In this document: positions 1-12,442 of the stretch, piece by piece | Layout of the letters: each line of letters opens with the position of its first letter | Position numbering within the stretch: the first letter of the stretch is position 1 | Origin: Zootoca vivipara | Taxonomy: Eukaryota | Direction of reading: 5' to 3' | Assembly (NCBI RefSeq): GCF_963506605.1 | Contig: NC_083291.1 | Location: 36,084,001-36,148,000 of the forward strand | Length of the DNA: 64,000 nucleotides | The notes under the pieces: generated by a model | Told to the model about the DNA's origin: nothing | Seen by the model: the letters and a program-made list of their open reading frames with translations, nothing else | Databases searched by the model: none | Program-made: the position numbers and the translations under genes

Positions 1-148
1 TTCGCCAGAAGTGGCTTTGTCATGCTGGCCGCATGACCTGGAAGCTGTACGCCAGCTCCCTCGGCCAATAATGCGAGATGAGCACTGCAATCCCAGAATC
101 GGTCACAACTGGACCTAATGGTCAGGGGTCCCTTTACCTTTACCTTTT
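1..148 (+). mobile_element. Sauria SINE, 3' part
   Basis: Typical body (gctccctcggcc...gagatgagc...ggacctaatggtcaggggtccc) ending in an (ACCTTT)n tail. Confidence 0.9.
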
Positions 149-159
149 ATTGACTAGCT

Positions 160-1305
160 GAAATGTGTGCAGAGGAAAGCAATCAAGATGATCAAGGGAC
201 TGGGAAGAGATCTGATAGCTATCTTCAACTACATCTTAAGGGCTGTCACATGGAAGATGGAACAAGCTTGTGTTCTCCTGCTCTGTAGGGTAGGACCTTT
301 ACCAATGGCTACAAGTTACAAGAAAGGAGATTCCAAATCAACATCAGGAAGAACTTTCTGACAGTAAGAGCTGTTTGACAGTGGACTAGACTCCTTCATT
401 GGAGGTTTTAAGCAGAGGTTGGGTGGCGTTGAGATTTAGTTAAGATTTGTCCATTACAGGGGGTAGGACTAAATTACCCTTGGGGTCCCTTCCAAGACTA
501 TGATTCTGTGATTCTATGGGAAGCATAGCTAATGCCACAGAATACAGAATCAGGATTCAGTGTGTTCGTAACAGATTGGAGAACTGGGCCCAAACTAACA
601 AAATGAAATTCAACAGGGACAAATGTCAGGTTCTACACATAGGCAGGAAGAACCAGCTGCACAAATATAAGCTGAGGGACACCTGGCTTGCTAGTAGTAC
701 ATGTGAAAAGGATCTAGGGGTCTTTGTAGACCACAAACTGAACGTGAATCAACAGTGTGATGCAGCAGCAAAAAAAAAAAGCTCATGCTATTCTGCACCA
801 ACAAAGGTCTAGTTTCCCAGTCAAAGGAAGTAATAGTACCACTCTATTCTGCCTTGGTCAGACCACACCTGGAATATTGTATCAAGTTCTGGGCACCTCA
901 ATTTAAGAAGGATATTGACAGGCTGGAACATGTGCAGATGAGGGCGATCAAGATGATCAAGGGTCTGGAAACCAAGCCTTATGAGGAAGAGTTGAGAGAG
1001 CCATCTTCAAACAACTGAAGGAGTGTCTGTCACGTGAAAGATGGAGTAAGCTTGTGTTTTGCTTTGGAGGGTAGGACCTGGACTAATGGATTCAATGGAA
1101 GGACTAAACATCAGGAAGAACTTTCTGTTTGACAGTGGAATGGGATCCCTCAGAAAGTTTTGGACTCTCCTTCCTTGGAGGCTTTTGAGCACTGGTTGGA
1201 TGGCCATCTGTCATGGATGCTTTAGTTGATATTACTTCATTGCAGGGCATTGGTCTAGATGACCCTTGGAGTTCCTTCCAAGTCCACAATATATGATTCT
1301 ATGAA
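160..1305 (+). mobile_element. Two tandem degenerate CR1 LINE 3' fragments
   Basis: ORF2 C-terminal peptides ([27 protein letters not shown]); CR1 ATTCTRTG termini near 505-517 and 1295-1303. Confidence 0.85.
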
Positions 1306-1557
1306 TAGGGGTACTCCAATAACTCTCAGCATCCTTTACAATTTTCTGGATTTTTTGGGAGAAAAGAGGCAGTGTGGTATCATGGTTTGAGTTGGGCTAG
1401 GACCTGGATTACCTCACAGGGTTGTTGTGAAGATAAAATGAGGAGGAGGGAATGCATGTACGTACACCACCTTGAGCTTCTTGGAGGAAAGGTGAGGTGC
1501 AAATGTAATATACAGTATATATATATGCCATGATTATTTAAAGTGGTGTAATAGTGC

Positions 1558-1922
1558 GTGCCGTAGGTGGCACTGTGGGAGGGACACGGGTGGCGCTGTG
1601 GGTTAAACCACAGAGCCTAGGGCTTGCCGATCAGAAGGTTGGTGGTTCGAATCCCTGAGATGGGGTGAGCTCCCTTTGTTCCGTCCCAGCTCCTGCCAAC
1701 CTAGCAGTTCGAAAGCACGTCAAAGTGCAAGTAGATAAATAGGTACCGCGGGAAGGTAAACGGTTTTTCCATGTGCTGCTCTGGTTCGCCAGAAGCGGCT
1801 TTGTCATGACCACATGACCTGGAAGCTGTACGCTGGCTCCCTCGGCCAATAACACGAGATTAGCGCTGCAACCCCAGAGTCGGTCAAGACTGGACCTAAT
1901 GGTTAGGGGTCCCTTTACCTTT
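1558..1922 (+). mobile_element. Sauria SINE, full length
   Basis: tRNA-like head, B box GGTTCGAATCC, ACCTTT tail, TSD TAATAGTGC. Confidence 0.9.
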
Positions 1923-2489
1923 AATAGTGCTTTAAATGTATGGGGCAGAGGGGCCTTAACTCTGAAATATTTTCAGTCGGAGAAGGTAAATATAATTGTA
2001 GCTCCATTTCTGGGATGAGTTACATATAACTCTAGAAGCATATAACTCTAGAGGCTTTAAATACCCGGGCCTGATTTTACTACTCCACGGGCTTTCACAT
2101 TCATTAATGTTTTCTTTTTAAACATGTGTTGTATGGTATAATTCTAGTAAACCTCGCTTATTTTGCTTCTGTCTGTAATGGAAGTGGATTAAGTGGCAAA
2201 TGATGATTCTAGGAGATGTCATAGGTTTCTAATCCCTCACTCAGCAATAGATTATTGATGTTTAGGTCTCCTTGAATGCATGACACAACTCTCAGCCTCA
2301 ATTCCCCAGTCATCAAAATGGGAATAAGGTGGCCTGTTTTGCAATGATTGAAGACAGTGAGATGAGAAAAATGGTTATTGGTTCTCTTGAGTCTCGGGAA
2401 TCACTGCAGAGTGCAAAACTAAGTCAATTAGTTTAGAAATTAGGTTTCTGAAGCAGATCTAAAATAATATACATCTAATCTGTGTTCAG

Positions 2490-2584
2490 TGGAAAACTTG
2501 GGAAAAGAAGCCGAACCCCTTTAGCAAGAGAAGAATGCAAAGCTGCCAGTTCCAAGGAGGAAGAAGGATGTCCCTCTACCCACA
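2490..2584 (+). CDS. ZGLP1: ZGLP1 internal coding exon (linker before the zinc finger)
   Basis: tgtgttcAG acceptor and GTATGT donor; open frame GKLGKRSRTPLAREECKAASSKEEEGCPSTH; phase-1 end fits the next exon. Confidence 0.65.
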
Positions 2585-3026
2585 GTATGTCAATAATTTA
2601 GGCAATAATTACTTGTAGTATCAGCTGGCAGTACTTGGGATACTAAGGACTAAAAAAAAGCACTTGTTGTGATAATTTTTTCTCCAGGAGAAGTACAGAG
2701 CGGGGAGGGTCTTGTTCCACTTGCCAAGCATGTGGTTTTTCTGTAGCAAACCAATGCACAGTTGTTGTTTCACCTTTTGGTAAAGCTAGTTTTTTTAAAT
2801 ACAAAAAACAAAAAAACAAGGGAGGGGGAGAGAATGAGAGGAAGTAAATGGATGCCTACTCTATTTCAATGTTTTCATTTATTTTTTTAGAAAACCATCC
2901 ATCCCAGAGTCACTTCATGCCTTTAGTGGTTGCTGTAATAAACCCACAAGTTTGAAAGGGGGGGGTTATTTCTCTAAATACTCAGTATGCCTTAATGGTG
3001 GGTTGTGATGAACTAAGTGTAGCCAT

Positions 3027-3344
3027 AAACAGGACATGGGTTTGCTGATCAGAAGGTTTGCAGTTCGAATCCCCGCAATGGGGTGAGCTCCCAGCTCCTG
3101 CCAACCTAGCAGTTCGAAAGCACTTCAAGTGCAAGTAGATAAATAGGTACCGCTCCAGTGGGAAGGTAAATGGCATTTCTGTGCACTGCTCTGGTTCACC
3201 AGAAGCGGCTTAGTCATGCTGGCCACGTGACACGGAAAAACTATGCGGACAAACGCCAGCTCCCTCGGTCTATAGAGCGAGATGAGCGCCGTGACCCCAG
3301 AGTCGTCCGCTACTGGACGTAATGGTCAGTGGTCCCTTTACCTT
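3027..3344 (+). mobile_element. Sauria SINE (intronic)
   Basis: SINE body with TSD TAAGTGTAGCCAT. Confidence 0.9.
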
Positions 3345-3717
3345 TAAGTGTAGCCATGTGCAACTTTCCTAAACACTTTAAGGGCTTACTGTAGGAAAGG
3401 CAAGTGAAGCTTGGCTGCTGTATCATCTGAGCCAGTTCTGACCTGTTAGTCTGATCACAACTCAGCTGATCAGAGTAACTTTTATTCACACTTTGATATG
3501 CTGCTCTGGAATCTTTTGATGAAGTGCAGTTAAGAAATATTCCAAATAAGGTATGTCAGGCTCTTTGAAATTAATACTATATGCAAGAGGGAGGTGCTTT
3601 GATCATCTGATAAACATTAAGTATTGTTTATAATGAGATATGTATTAATCCATTAAGTACCACCCAGGGTTGTGGCTTATAAACTGCTATTTGACCCACT
3701 TGCCCTTTGTCTTTAAG

Positions 3718-3811
3718 GGGATAAGTGCTGTGCGTCTTGCAAGACCAGGAAAACACCACTATGGAGAGATGCTGAAGATGGGACCCCCCTCTGTAATGCT
3801 TGTGGCATTAG
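3718..3811 (+). CDS. ZGLP1: ZGLP1 GATA-type zinc finger exon
   Basis: ctttgtctttaAG...GTacc; encodes DKCCASCKTRKTPLWRDAEDGTPLCNACGIR, the ZGLP1-type finger (CxxC-x17-CNAC with TPLWRDAEDGTPL). Confidence 0.92.
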
Positions 3812-4070
3812 GTACCTTATGACTGCTGAAATGGCATGGCATATTTCTTGTTGGTTTCCTTAAAAGTTATGCCCAGCATATCTTCTGGCAGTGCAAAAAG
3901 TTTAAAGGAAGGGTGTATTCGAGATAATACACAACAGCACTGACTACAACTTGCCGTGCAGCCTGAAAACGGCTCTTCTCTGTTCTCTGAAGCCTATGGT
4001 GAGATCAACAAACAGATTTAGAAGCCATTGCAGCTCTCCTAGCAACAGCTAGAATTTGCATCGCTAAATA

Positions 4071-4363
4071 CAGTGGTACCTCGCAAGACGAATGCCATGC
4101 AAGACGAATTTTTCACAAGACGAATGCGTCTTGCGATCTGATGGTGACTCGTAAGACGAATTCGTTTTGTGAAAAATTCGTCTTGCGAATCGCGGTATCC
4201 CATAGGAATGCATTGAAATTTAATCAATGCGTTCCTATGGGCAAAAAAAAAAAAAAGAAATTTCAATGCATTCCTATGGGAAACTGTGAATTCGCAAGAT
4301 GAATTTTTCGCAAAACGAATTGACTCACGGAACGAATTAAATTCGTTTTGCGAGGCACCACTA
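4071..4363. mobile_element. Tc1/mariner (pogo/Tigger-like) MITE
   Basis: TIR CAGTGGTACCTCGCAAGACGAAT / ATTCGTTTTGCGAGGCACCACT, TA on both flanks, internal repeats of the TIR motif. Confidence 0.8.
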
Positions 4364-5324
4364 TACAGGAAGTCTGAAGCAATTCATGAGTTAAAAGATG
4401 GGCTGGAGCAGACACAGCAAGTGTTAACATGCATTCAAAGAGCATGCTAAATCACATAAGCCAGAAACCAACATGAGTGCTGTTCATAAGTTTGTAGAAT
4501 GCAGGAGTATCTACCCTTACAGCTTATCCTCAGTGATCTGACTCCTAGATACTCTTTCTTATTCTTCCCCTTTAAACACCCCTCATTTGTGGCAACTGCT
4601 AATATTATTTTAATATTTCAATAGGCTAAGATACCTGTGTAACAATGTCTAACAAACTCTGCCGTTCTTCTCTCCATTTATTTTTGATTTTTTACTATAT
4701 AGGCACCCCCGCCCCCCCAAAAAAGCGATGATGAGACAAAAGTGATGATCTGAACCGCATGACAATATGAAAGCATTTATCTGAGCTTTTTTCAAACATG
4801 AAAAAAAGTTATACCCAACTTTACACCACAAAGCAGCTTATAAAAATTAAAAAGCTACAATGGTCAAAATTTTATGCATTGAAGAGTAACACATAAGAAC
4901 AGTATGTATTGCCAGGGCCTCCTACAATAAAACAAATTAACCTGTTTGTTCAAGGCTTGTTCATCTAAAAGGGTCTAACAGTTACCACTGTGCAGAAACA
5001 AGCTGTAACAAATTATCTACTTAATTGTGGCATACTACAGTATATAACAGGCCACAGCACTTGAGGCCATTGCAGTCTCTGGCCCAGTGCTCTAATTGAC
5101 CCATATCATATTCCACCATCACCTCTCTTTCCTATTTCCTGGCATCTGGGATCCTTAGCCTGATGTTTCACCTGACACCCCTCTGAAAAATGATGCATCT
5201 CCACTTTCATGCCATTTGGAATTAACTGGGAGATTAAGTTGGGGTGGGAAGGTTACTACAAACAGACCTAAATGAATGGAATGACCTGCCACATGACTTA
5301 ATCAACTCTGTTTTTGACCTTCAG

Positions 5325-5460
5325 GTACAAAAAGTACAGAATCCGGTGTTTCCAGTGCTGGAATATTCCAAAGCATGGTGGAAATCCCTTTTCTCATTGT
5401 TCCAGTTGTGGACGCAGGCTTCATTTAGTTGCTGCCCAGGAGAAATCTAGGAAAAGGTAA
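5325..5460 (+). CDS. ZGLP1: ZGLP1 exon after the finger (ends at TAA 5458-5460 or splices at 5456)
   Basis: tttttgaccttcAG acceptor in matching phase; encodes YKKYRIRCFQCWNIPKHGGNPFSHCSSCGRRLHLVAAQEKSRKR, continuing CNACGIR-YKKY. Confidence 0.9.
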
Positions 5461-5576
5461 AGGGGGTGATTAAGGGGCAGCGGCGGGAGAAGCAGCTTCT
5501 AAAACACACCAGCCCTACATTAGCCCTTCACCGGTAGGAAAAAAACCTAAGGGCTCTCTTTTCTTTCCATTTCTAG

Positions 5577-5607
5577 ATGTGGAAGCTTTCTAAGGGTTTG
5601 CAGTTAG
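5577..5607 (+). CDS. ZGLP1: Possible ZGLP1 terminal coding exon (RCGSFLRVCS*)
   Basis: Donor AG|GTAAAG at 5456/5457; strong pyrimidine tract ctctcttttctttccatttctAG; in-frame TAG. Confidence 0.55.
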
Positions 5608-6549
5608 CTGGATATCAAAACAGCTCTTGGTTAATCTGGCCGACTCGTCTGAAGGGTCTGGCTGAACAGCCTGGTAGATTGGTCATTAGGAGGTTCAGTG
5701 GATGAAGGGCTCTTCTTTGTTTGTCTTTGTTTGTCTGTATGCTGCTTTTGTTTTTGAAGTCAGTGCTATGCCTTATGTTGGGTGTTTGTTTGGAGTGTGT
5801 GGGAGGAGGCAGGAAAGAAGGGGATGTTTTTGGCAAGGAAAAAAGTGTTTGCTTCCATTAACTTTCATAAGCAATTGGGGCTACTATATGTTGGAACAGA
5901 ATGCGATGTTCCCATTGAGGATGGACATATTGAAATTGCAATTTCAGGCAGTGACTCCCACCCAGCCTTTTAGCACTTGGGGTTGCTGCCTTCTTGTTAA
6001 TAGTTCTTGTAGTGATGGACTGGAAAGTACAAAGAAACATTTCCACAAACTGTAAACTTTGGGAACAGCAGTCCTTGAGCAGTTGTGGTGGGGGAGGGAG
6101 TTTGTTTAAAAGACATGAAATGCAGCTCTTTCATGAATTCCTGATGGTTTTCTATTGCACTAAATACAGCAAGTGTAAATATATAATATTTATGATACAA
6201 AATATTTATATACTTGATTCAAGTATTTGTTGGGGATGCTGATGAATATCCATTGTTAGTACAACATGCAGCATTTCTGAGTGTGTCTCAAAAAGTGTGT
6301 CCAACCAGGATTGTGCCATGTGGCACTTTTCTTTTCAAAGTGGTATTTATTTTTGTAAATAGTCTTTATATTTGAAGTATTTGTTTTCTGTATTCTCCCT
6401 TACATAGCACAGCCAAAAGAAAATGAACATAAAAAATGTTGTGAAATTGAAAGCAATTACTCTGATTTTCCTGTAATTTTTCACTTAATATCCCAAGTTC
6501 AAGAGTACTGAACTTCTTGATGGTTATTTTGCTGGTTATAAGCTTCTGC

Positions 6550-6555
6550 AATAAA
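6550..6555 (+). promoter_or_regulatory. Candidate ZGLP1 polyadenylation signal
   Basis: AATAAA after ~950 nt of repeat-free AU-rich sequence, followed by GT-rich sequence. Confidence 0.45.
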
Positions 6556-6827
6556 TATTATTTATTGTAACTGAGTGTGGGAAATTCTTTTAATTCCTAC
6601 CGGTATTTTTTGAGTCAAACTTGGAATAAAGCATTGAATGGGCAGGGAGGCAGGAAAAGTAGCCTGAGACATACACAACTGAATTCAGGTGTGGTTAGGC
6701 AATTACTGTACTACTTTGTAGTCCTTATTATAACAGTAGAGGAAGCCTGCAAAATAGGAGCTCATGATGTGCTTGGGATTCTGATGGTGGCTAGCTGTTT
6801 TCTAAGCAGAGACCTGGGCCTCTAGTA

Positions 6828-7126
6828 CAGGGGTAGGCAACCTAAGACCCATGGGCCACAGGCGGCCCATGGGGGTCGTTTAACCAGCCCCCCAAACCGA
6901 GCTGCCCGTTTGGCGAGTTCCCATGTGCTGCGCTAAACTGGCGCAGCACGGTGCGGGGACTCGCTTCTGCAGTGCCGGAAGTCACGTCTGCGCATGCTCA
7001 GACGCCGGAAATCATGTCTGCACAGATGCCGACGCCAGAAATCGTCGTCGCGCGCACGATCCGGCCCACGGAGGGATATCCGCTTGAGTGAACCGGTCCA
7101 GGTGATGTAAATCTTGTCAATCACTG
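6828..7126. mobile_element. hAT (Charlie-type) MITE
   Basis: CAG...CTG termini; perfect 8-bp TSD CTCTAGTA (6820-6827, 7127-7134). Confidence 0.85.
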
Positions 7127-7754
7127 CTCTAGTAAAATGGTATGAAATTCCACAAGAGACCTCGGAAAATGATCTGGACCCAACAAGCCCTACAGGGGCA
7201 AACCCCTGAAACTGATCCATGCTACTCCCCCCCCCAAGTGCCCCAAAGGTCTAACTGAATCGGATAACCAATCTGCCTCTGACAACAGAGCCATCATTAA
7301 TTCCCTTCTATTTCCACCTCCCTACCCCAGGACAGAAAGCCAGATCCAGTATGTGTCCTGCCAGATGCATTTTGGCCTGATGTAGTTTGATAGAGGACCA
7401 CAGTTGTCATAGCAGACATAAGAAACAAGCTGCCACAGACAAGACTTACTTGGTGTGTATGTACAAGTTACCCAACCAAAAGCCTTTTAAGGTCTTCAGT
7501 GCCACATATGAGGCAACCTTCATTAGGTCAGGCAGGAAATTTTCTAGCCAGTGGGGTGTCCAGTACACCAACAAAATCCCAATGCCAGGTACAAAGACTT
7601 GAAAATAGAAGAATGCTGGACCAGGTATCTGATCAATAAGTCAGCCAGACTTCCTTCTCAATAGATATGCTCCAATAATAGCAACTGTTACAGTATGTGT
7701 TGAACTCACATGTGTGTCTACCACTCACATTATACTTACTTACTTGCTTGCTTG

Positions 7755-8226
7755 CTTACTTATTTATGCATTTTCCATAATTTGATACATCCACTTTACA
7801 ATTATCATAATTTATCCTATATTCTTCGACTTCCCCGCACATCCCTCCATGGGTTCTTGTTTAATCTTGTGGAGCTGCATTTCCTTAATTTCCACCCCAC
7901 TTCAAGCTGTTTTTAGCTGCTGCTCATATGTCTAGCCCTACTTGGAAATTTATCTGGCTATTGTATTTCTTTAAATATTCTCCAAAATATTCCCACTCCT
8001 CTCTTATATCAGACTCATCCGGATTCCTTATCTTTACAGTCAACATTGCTAACTCCACATATTCTATTAACTTGTTCTGCCTGTCTTCTTTTGTAGGACT
8101 CTTTTTGTCCTCCCACATTGATGTATAAATTGTTCTGGCTGCTGCAGTTGCGTAGAGAAAGAGATTGAGTACCTTCTTGGGTACCTCACCCTCTATTATA
8201 CCCAATAGGAACATCTCTGGTTTTTT
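7755..8226 (-). mobile_element. L1-clade LINE 3' fragment
   Basis: ORF2 C-terminus LFLYATAAAR..W...PT.E; homologous to the fragments at 9476 and 42343. Confidence 0.75.
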
Positions 8227-8227
8227 T

Positions 8228-8326
8228 GGTATCTGAAGAAGTGTGCATGCACGTGAAAGCTCATACCAATGACAAACTTAGTTGGTCTCTAAGGTGCTAC
8301 TGGAAGGATTTTTATTTTGTTTCGAC
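8228..8326 (+). mobile_element. Penelope-like element terminal fragment with damaged hammerhead motif
   Basis: CTGAAGAAGTGTGCATGCACGTGAAAGCTCATAC...TTAGTTGGTCTCTAAGGTGCTAC; same family as 12443-12790. Confidence 0.75.
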
Positions 8327-9329
8327 CTTCTGATAGATCTTCTAAGAAGTGGAAGCAACTGAGGATATAAAGTATGTGACCCACCTCTGCTATTCCTTTT
8401 TCCTCACTTTTCTTGTCCACTAGGTGTTACCCTGTTTCTGTATAAACCACCTGTACATGCTCCTAATTTTGTCTCCGTCTCTGGTTAATTTCTGTCCCTT
8501 TTTTATTTTTTATTGTTACTGTTTTTTGTTTTTTATTCAGAGGTCCTTCCTTCCACCTCTCTTTGCCCTGCGGCTGTTTTCTTCACTCTGCTATACACCT
8601 ACTATAATCAGGCTCAAGGGTATTTGAATATTCCTTAGATCTGCTGGCATTATAATACCTTGCCCACCACCTTTTCCCCTTGCCAGGTTCGCACTTTACC
8701 ATCTGTTCTTCCTTCGCTTATTTTTTCAAGTTCCACCACTCACATTATTGTTGTCGTTCTTGTTCTTGTTATTTGTTAATTTGTGTGCTGCCCTTCATTT
8801 GTAGATCTCAGGGCGGTTTGCAACATAAAAATACAAGATAAAAACACACAATACATAATAAAAACAAACCAATAATTTTCCCCAAAACACATTTAAAAGG
8901 GGTGCATCAGACTGTTGTCTCATGTTAAGCTTGTGGTCTACTAAGACTCCAAGATTATTTTCACAAGTACTGTCAATAAGCCAGGTGTCCCCCATCTTAT
9001 ATTTGTGCAGCTGGTTCTTCCTAACATCTGGAGGGCACCATTTTAGCTATTCCTAGTTCAGGGGAATTTAGATTATTGTCTGCTGCCTTCTCTAGGAAAC
9101 TGCTTTATATTAAGACTATTGGCCCACAATGCTCACTAATTATATTCACTGCCTGACAGCAGCTCTCTAGGATTTCAGAGTGAAGTCTTTCCTCGTTATA
9201 TTTGGAGTTGTCAGGAATGGAGCCTGGAACATTTTGCATGCAAAATATATGCTTTGTTGCTGTTCCTTCACTATTGTTACAGGCTAGAAGGGAAGTGGAC
9301 TGCATTCTTCCACATGTGGTAGACATGTA

Positions 9330-9875
9330 AAAAGGTAAAAGTGTATTGGGAAATGATTTATGATGAATTGAAAAAAATGTTCAAAACTACTATTCCCCCC
9401 CCCAAAAAACACCAGAGTCCTTTTCCTTGGGGATAATCCAGACTGAAATTCCCAGGTGTTGGAAAAAGGTTACTTATGTATGCAACAACTGCGGCCCGTG
9501 TTTTATTAGCCCCCAAATGGAAAGTGAGCGAGGTCCCTACTAAAGAGGATTGGCAACTTAAGTTGACAGAATATGCACAACTTGCAGATTTAACATATAG
9601 AATAAGAGAGCAAGAAGAACATATGTTTAAAGAAGACTGGAAAACATTTATTGAATATATGGAAAATAACTGTATACAGCTCAAAACACTGGCAGCATTA
9701 AAATAAATTCAACAATTTTTGATGGATGTAAAAGTGGAAAACTGATCTGAATGGTTACAGTAAAATGTGCAGGAATGTAGGATACGTAGAATGAACCATG
9801 GAATCACTGGATATTTTAAAGTTTGTAAAATGTTTATTTGAAATTGAAAAATTGAAAATTTTATAAAAATTATTA
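9330..9875 (+). mobile_element. L1-clade LINE 3' fragment
   Basis: MYATTAARVLLAPKWK..EVPTKEDWQLKL followed by an AT-rich 3' UTR. Confidence 0.75.
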
Positions 9876-10017
9876 TAGAAGAAGAAGAGAGGTGGAATGC
9901 AAATATTTAATGAATGAACGTATGTTGAACAAGATCCCATTATTCTCTGAATCAGATTCAGTACATCATAGCTGATACAGTGGCAACATGAGATGCCTGT
10001 TAACCAACCTCTCACTA

Positions 10018-10956
10018 TTACTGTTGAAAAAAGACCCTCTTCCCCAGGAGATCCCACAGAGCTTCCTTAACATCTTTGTTCCTGAGGCTGTAGATGTAAG
10101 GGTTGGACATCGGGGTGAGGACAGTGTACACCACAGCAAAGACAGCCCCTCGCTGGGATGAGTAGCTGGATGTTGGCAGAAAGTAGACAGCAATGATAGC
10201 TCCATAGAAGAGGGTCACCATGGTGAGGTGGGAGCCACAGGTGGAGAAAGCTTTGCGCCTCCCCGAAGAAGATAACTTCATCACAGCTACCACAATGCGG
10301 ACATAGGTGAGGATGATGAAGACAAAAGGTCCAAGAACGACAATGACACCTTCAAAGAAGATTACGGCTTCATTGACGCTGGTGTCTGAGCAGGATAGCT
10401 GCAGGAGGGGCTGATGGTCGCAAAAGTAATGGAACAAGTGGTTGTCCCCACGATAACTGAGACGCAGGAGGAGGCTGGCATGGAGCATGGAGTGGAGGGT
10501 AGAAATAATCCAGCAACCAGCTACCAAGTATCCACAGACCTTCTGGTTCATTACCGTAGTGTAGTGTAGTGGATTGCAAATTGCAACGTAGCGATCCAGA
10601 GCCATGACGCTCACTATCAGAAGGTCAGTCACGCCAAACATGTAGAAAAAGAAGAACTGAGCCATGCAGCAGTAGAAAGGGATAGTCTTGGAAGTGGAGA
10701 TGATGTGAGCCAACATCTGAGGCACGGTGACTGATAGGAAGCCCACATCCACCACAGAGAGGCTTCGAAGCAGGAAATACATGGGAGTCTGGAGTCGGGC
10801 ATCCAGAGAGATGAGAATGATCATCATGATGTTGCCCAGAAGTCCTGCTGCATACATCAGCAGAAAGATTAGGAAGAAGAGTGGCTGCTCTTTAGGCTGG
10901 GTGGAAAAACCCAGAAGGACAAACTCGACGATGTCTGTGCCATTCTCACAGTCCAT
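10018..10956 (-). CDS. Olfactory receptor, class II (family 1-like), 312 aa, intact
   Basis: 7TM OR motifs GN, LQTPMYFLL, MALDRYVAICNPLHY, KAFSTCGSHL, NPYIYSLRN; NGT sequon; ATG at 10956 follows a ctgcAG acceptor, so the ORF-track start at 11010 is probably intronic. Confidence 0.95.
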   Translation of the reverse strand: MDCENGTDIVEFVLLGFSTQPKEQPLFFLIFLLMYAAGLLGNIMMIILISLDARLQTPMYFLLRSLSVVDVGFLSVTVPQMLAHIISTSKTIPFYCCMAQFFFFYMFGVTDLLIVSVMALDRYVAICNPLHYTTVMNQKVCGYLVAGCWIISTLHSMLHASLLLRLSYRGDNHLFHYFCDHQPLLQLSCSDTSVNEAVIFFEGVIVVLGPFVFIILTYVRIVVAVMKLSSSGRRKAFSTCGSHLTMVTLFYGAIIAVYFLPTSSYSSQRGAVFAVVYTVLTPMSNPYIYSLRNKDVKEALWDLLGKRVFFQQ

Positions 10957-12442
10957 GGGACCTGCAGATAGAAACACACCACACAGCTGGAATGAGGCAA
11001 AGGGCTTCAAAGCATAACTACCTGCCTAAAGGAAGACCCATCTAACACAACACTGAAAGGGATGGTTCAGTGGTTAAGATTGCAGATTTTGGAATGCAGA
11101 TTCTGAAGTTGAACTCTTAATACAGTATTTGAATTTTGGCCTTTTTACACTTGTTGAGCAGTCTTTTTGTTTTGTGGTTTTATCAGATGGAAAATGCCGG
11201 CTGACATTAACAAACTGTCAGCTACCAAATACTGTCAAATCCTTTGGATACCGCCCACCATTTCATATCAACAAAGTCCTGTCAACATTTCTAAATACGA
11301 TACCATATAGAGAATCAAATATTTTTGCTTGATCAATATTCTGGCATAGCTACCATTAAATACTAAGTGGTCATTCCCCCCCTCATTCAATTGTTTGAAT
11401 ATTGATAAAGGTCATCTCCTAAACCAGATATGGGGGACTTGTCGCCTTCCAACTGATGTTGGACCTCAACTCTCACCTGCCCCAGTTAGCACAGCCAATG
11501 GCCAGGGATGATGGAAGTTGAAGTTAAACATCTGAAGGACACAGGTTATCCACTCCTGCTCTGAACTATCCTTCTTTCCTGCTTACAATGATTCTCCATT
11601 TTTGTTGCATTATATCTTGCTAATGACCACCAGTCACACTCATTGTTTCAACACACCTATTCGTTTGTGCTTCCACCTTGACAGTTTTCATAGGATGGAA
11701 CAAGAAATGGTGACAAACAACACATGACAAGCATGCATTTCCCAATTGTTAACATTATTTTATAATTATTAAAAAATGAAAAAAAAATGGTGCAAGGCTG
11801 CCTTTTATGTGCTTTCAACACATAAAGATGCATTATATTGAGTAAAGCCCAGTCATCTTTACTCTGACTGGCAGCAGTGTCCCAAGATCTAGGGCCGGGA
11901 TTGCCCCCAGTGAGTCAATTTAAGAGTATTTGTCGTGATCATGAATCTGTGGAACAAAGTAGCACATTCACATGGCATGCGTTATCTTTTGCAACCTCAT
12001 GATGCCATGGAAAACCAAGGCAATAACTGATCGAAGAAGAATCTGACAGATTCGGGGACCACAGGGCACATGTGAATGAAGTATAGAGACCATGAATGAC
12101 TGAGTGGGGGAAAGTGGATGGCAGATGATAATTTACCCCTGTGCATCTTACTAGACAGTCAAGTGCAGCAGCAGATATAGACAGAAGATGGGGAGGGAGA
12201 GATAGGGAGGGAGACAGAACATATTTTTTGGTGGTGGTGAGCCATGTTCTAAAATAGGGGTTTGCTGTTATCATGTCTAGTAAGATCACATCATCGTCTG
12301 ATCACAAAGTTTCATGGATATTGAACTAGATGTAGGGATGTGTGAATCTGTCCACTTTGGTTCCTTTCAGTTTTTTGTTTTCATAATCTTAAATTCAATT
12401 CTCTACACTGCCACATCAGTGTGCTTTTTATTTTATGTCCTT

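Noticed and set aside
10957-11010. 18-aa N-terminal extension of the first OR
   Set aside because: Non-ATG start upstream of a splice acceptor; probably intronic
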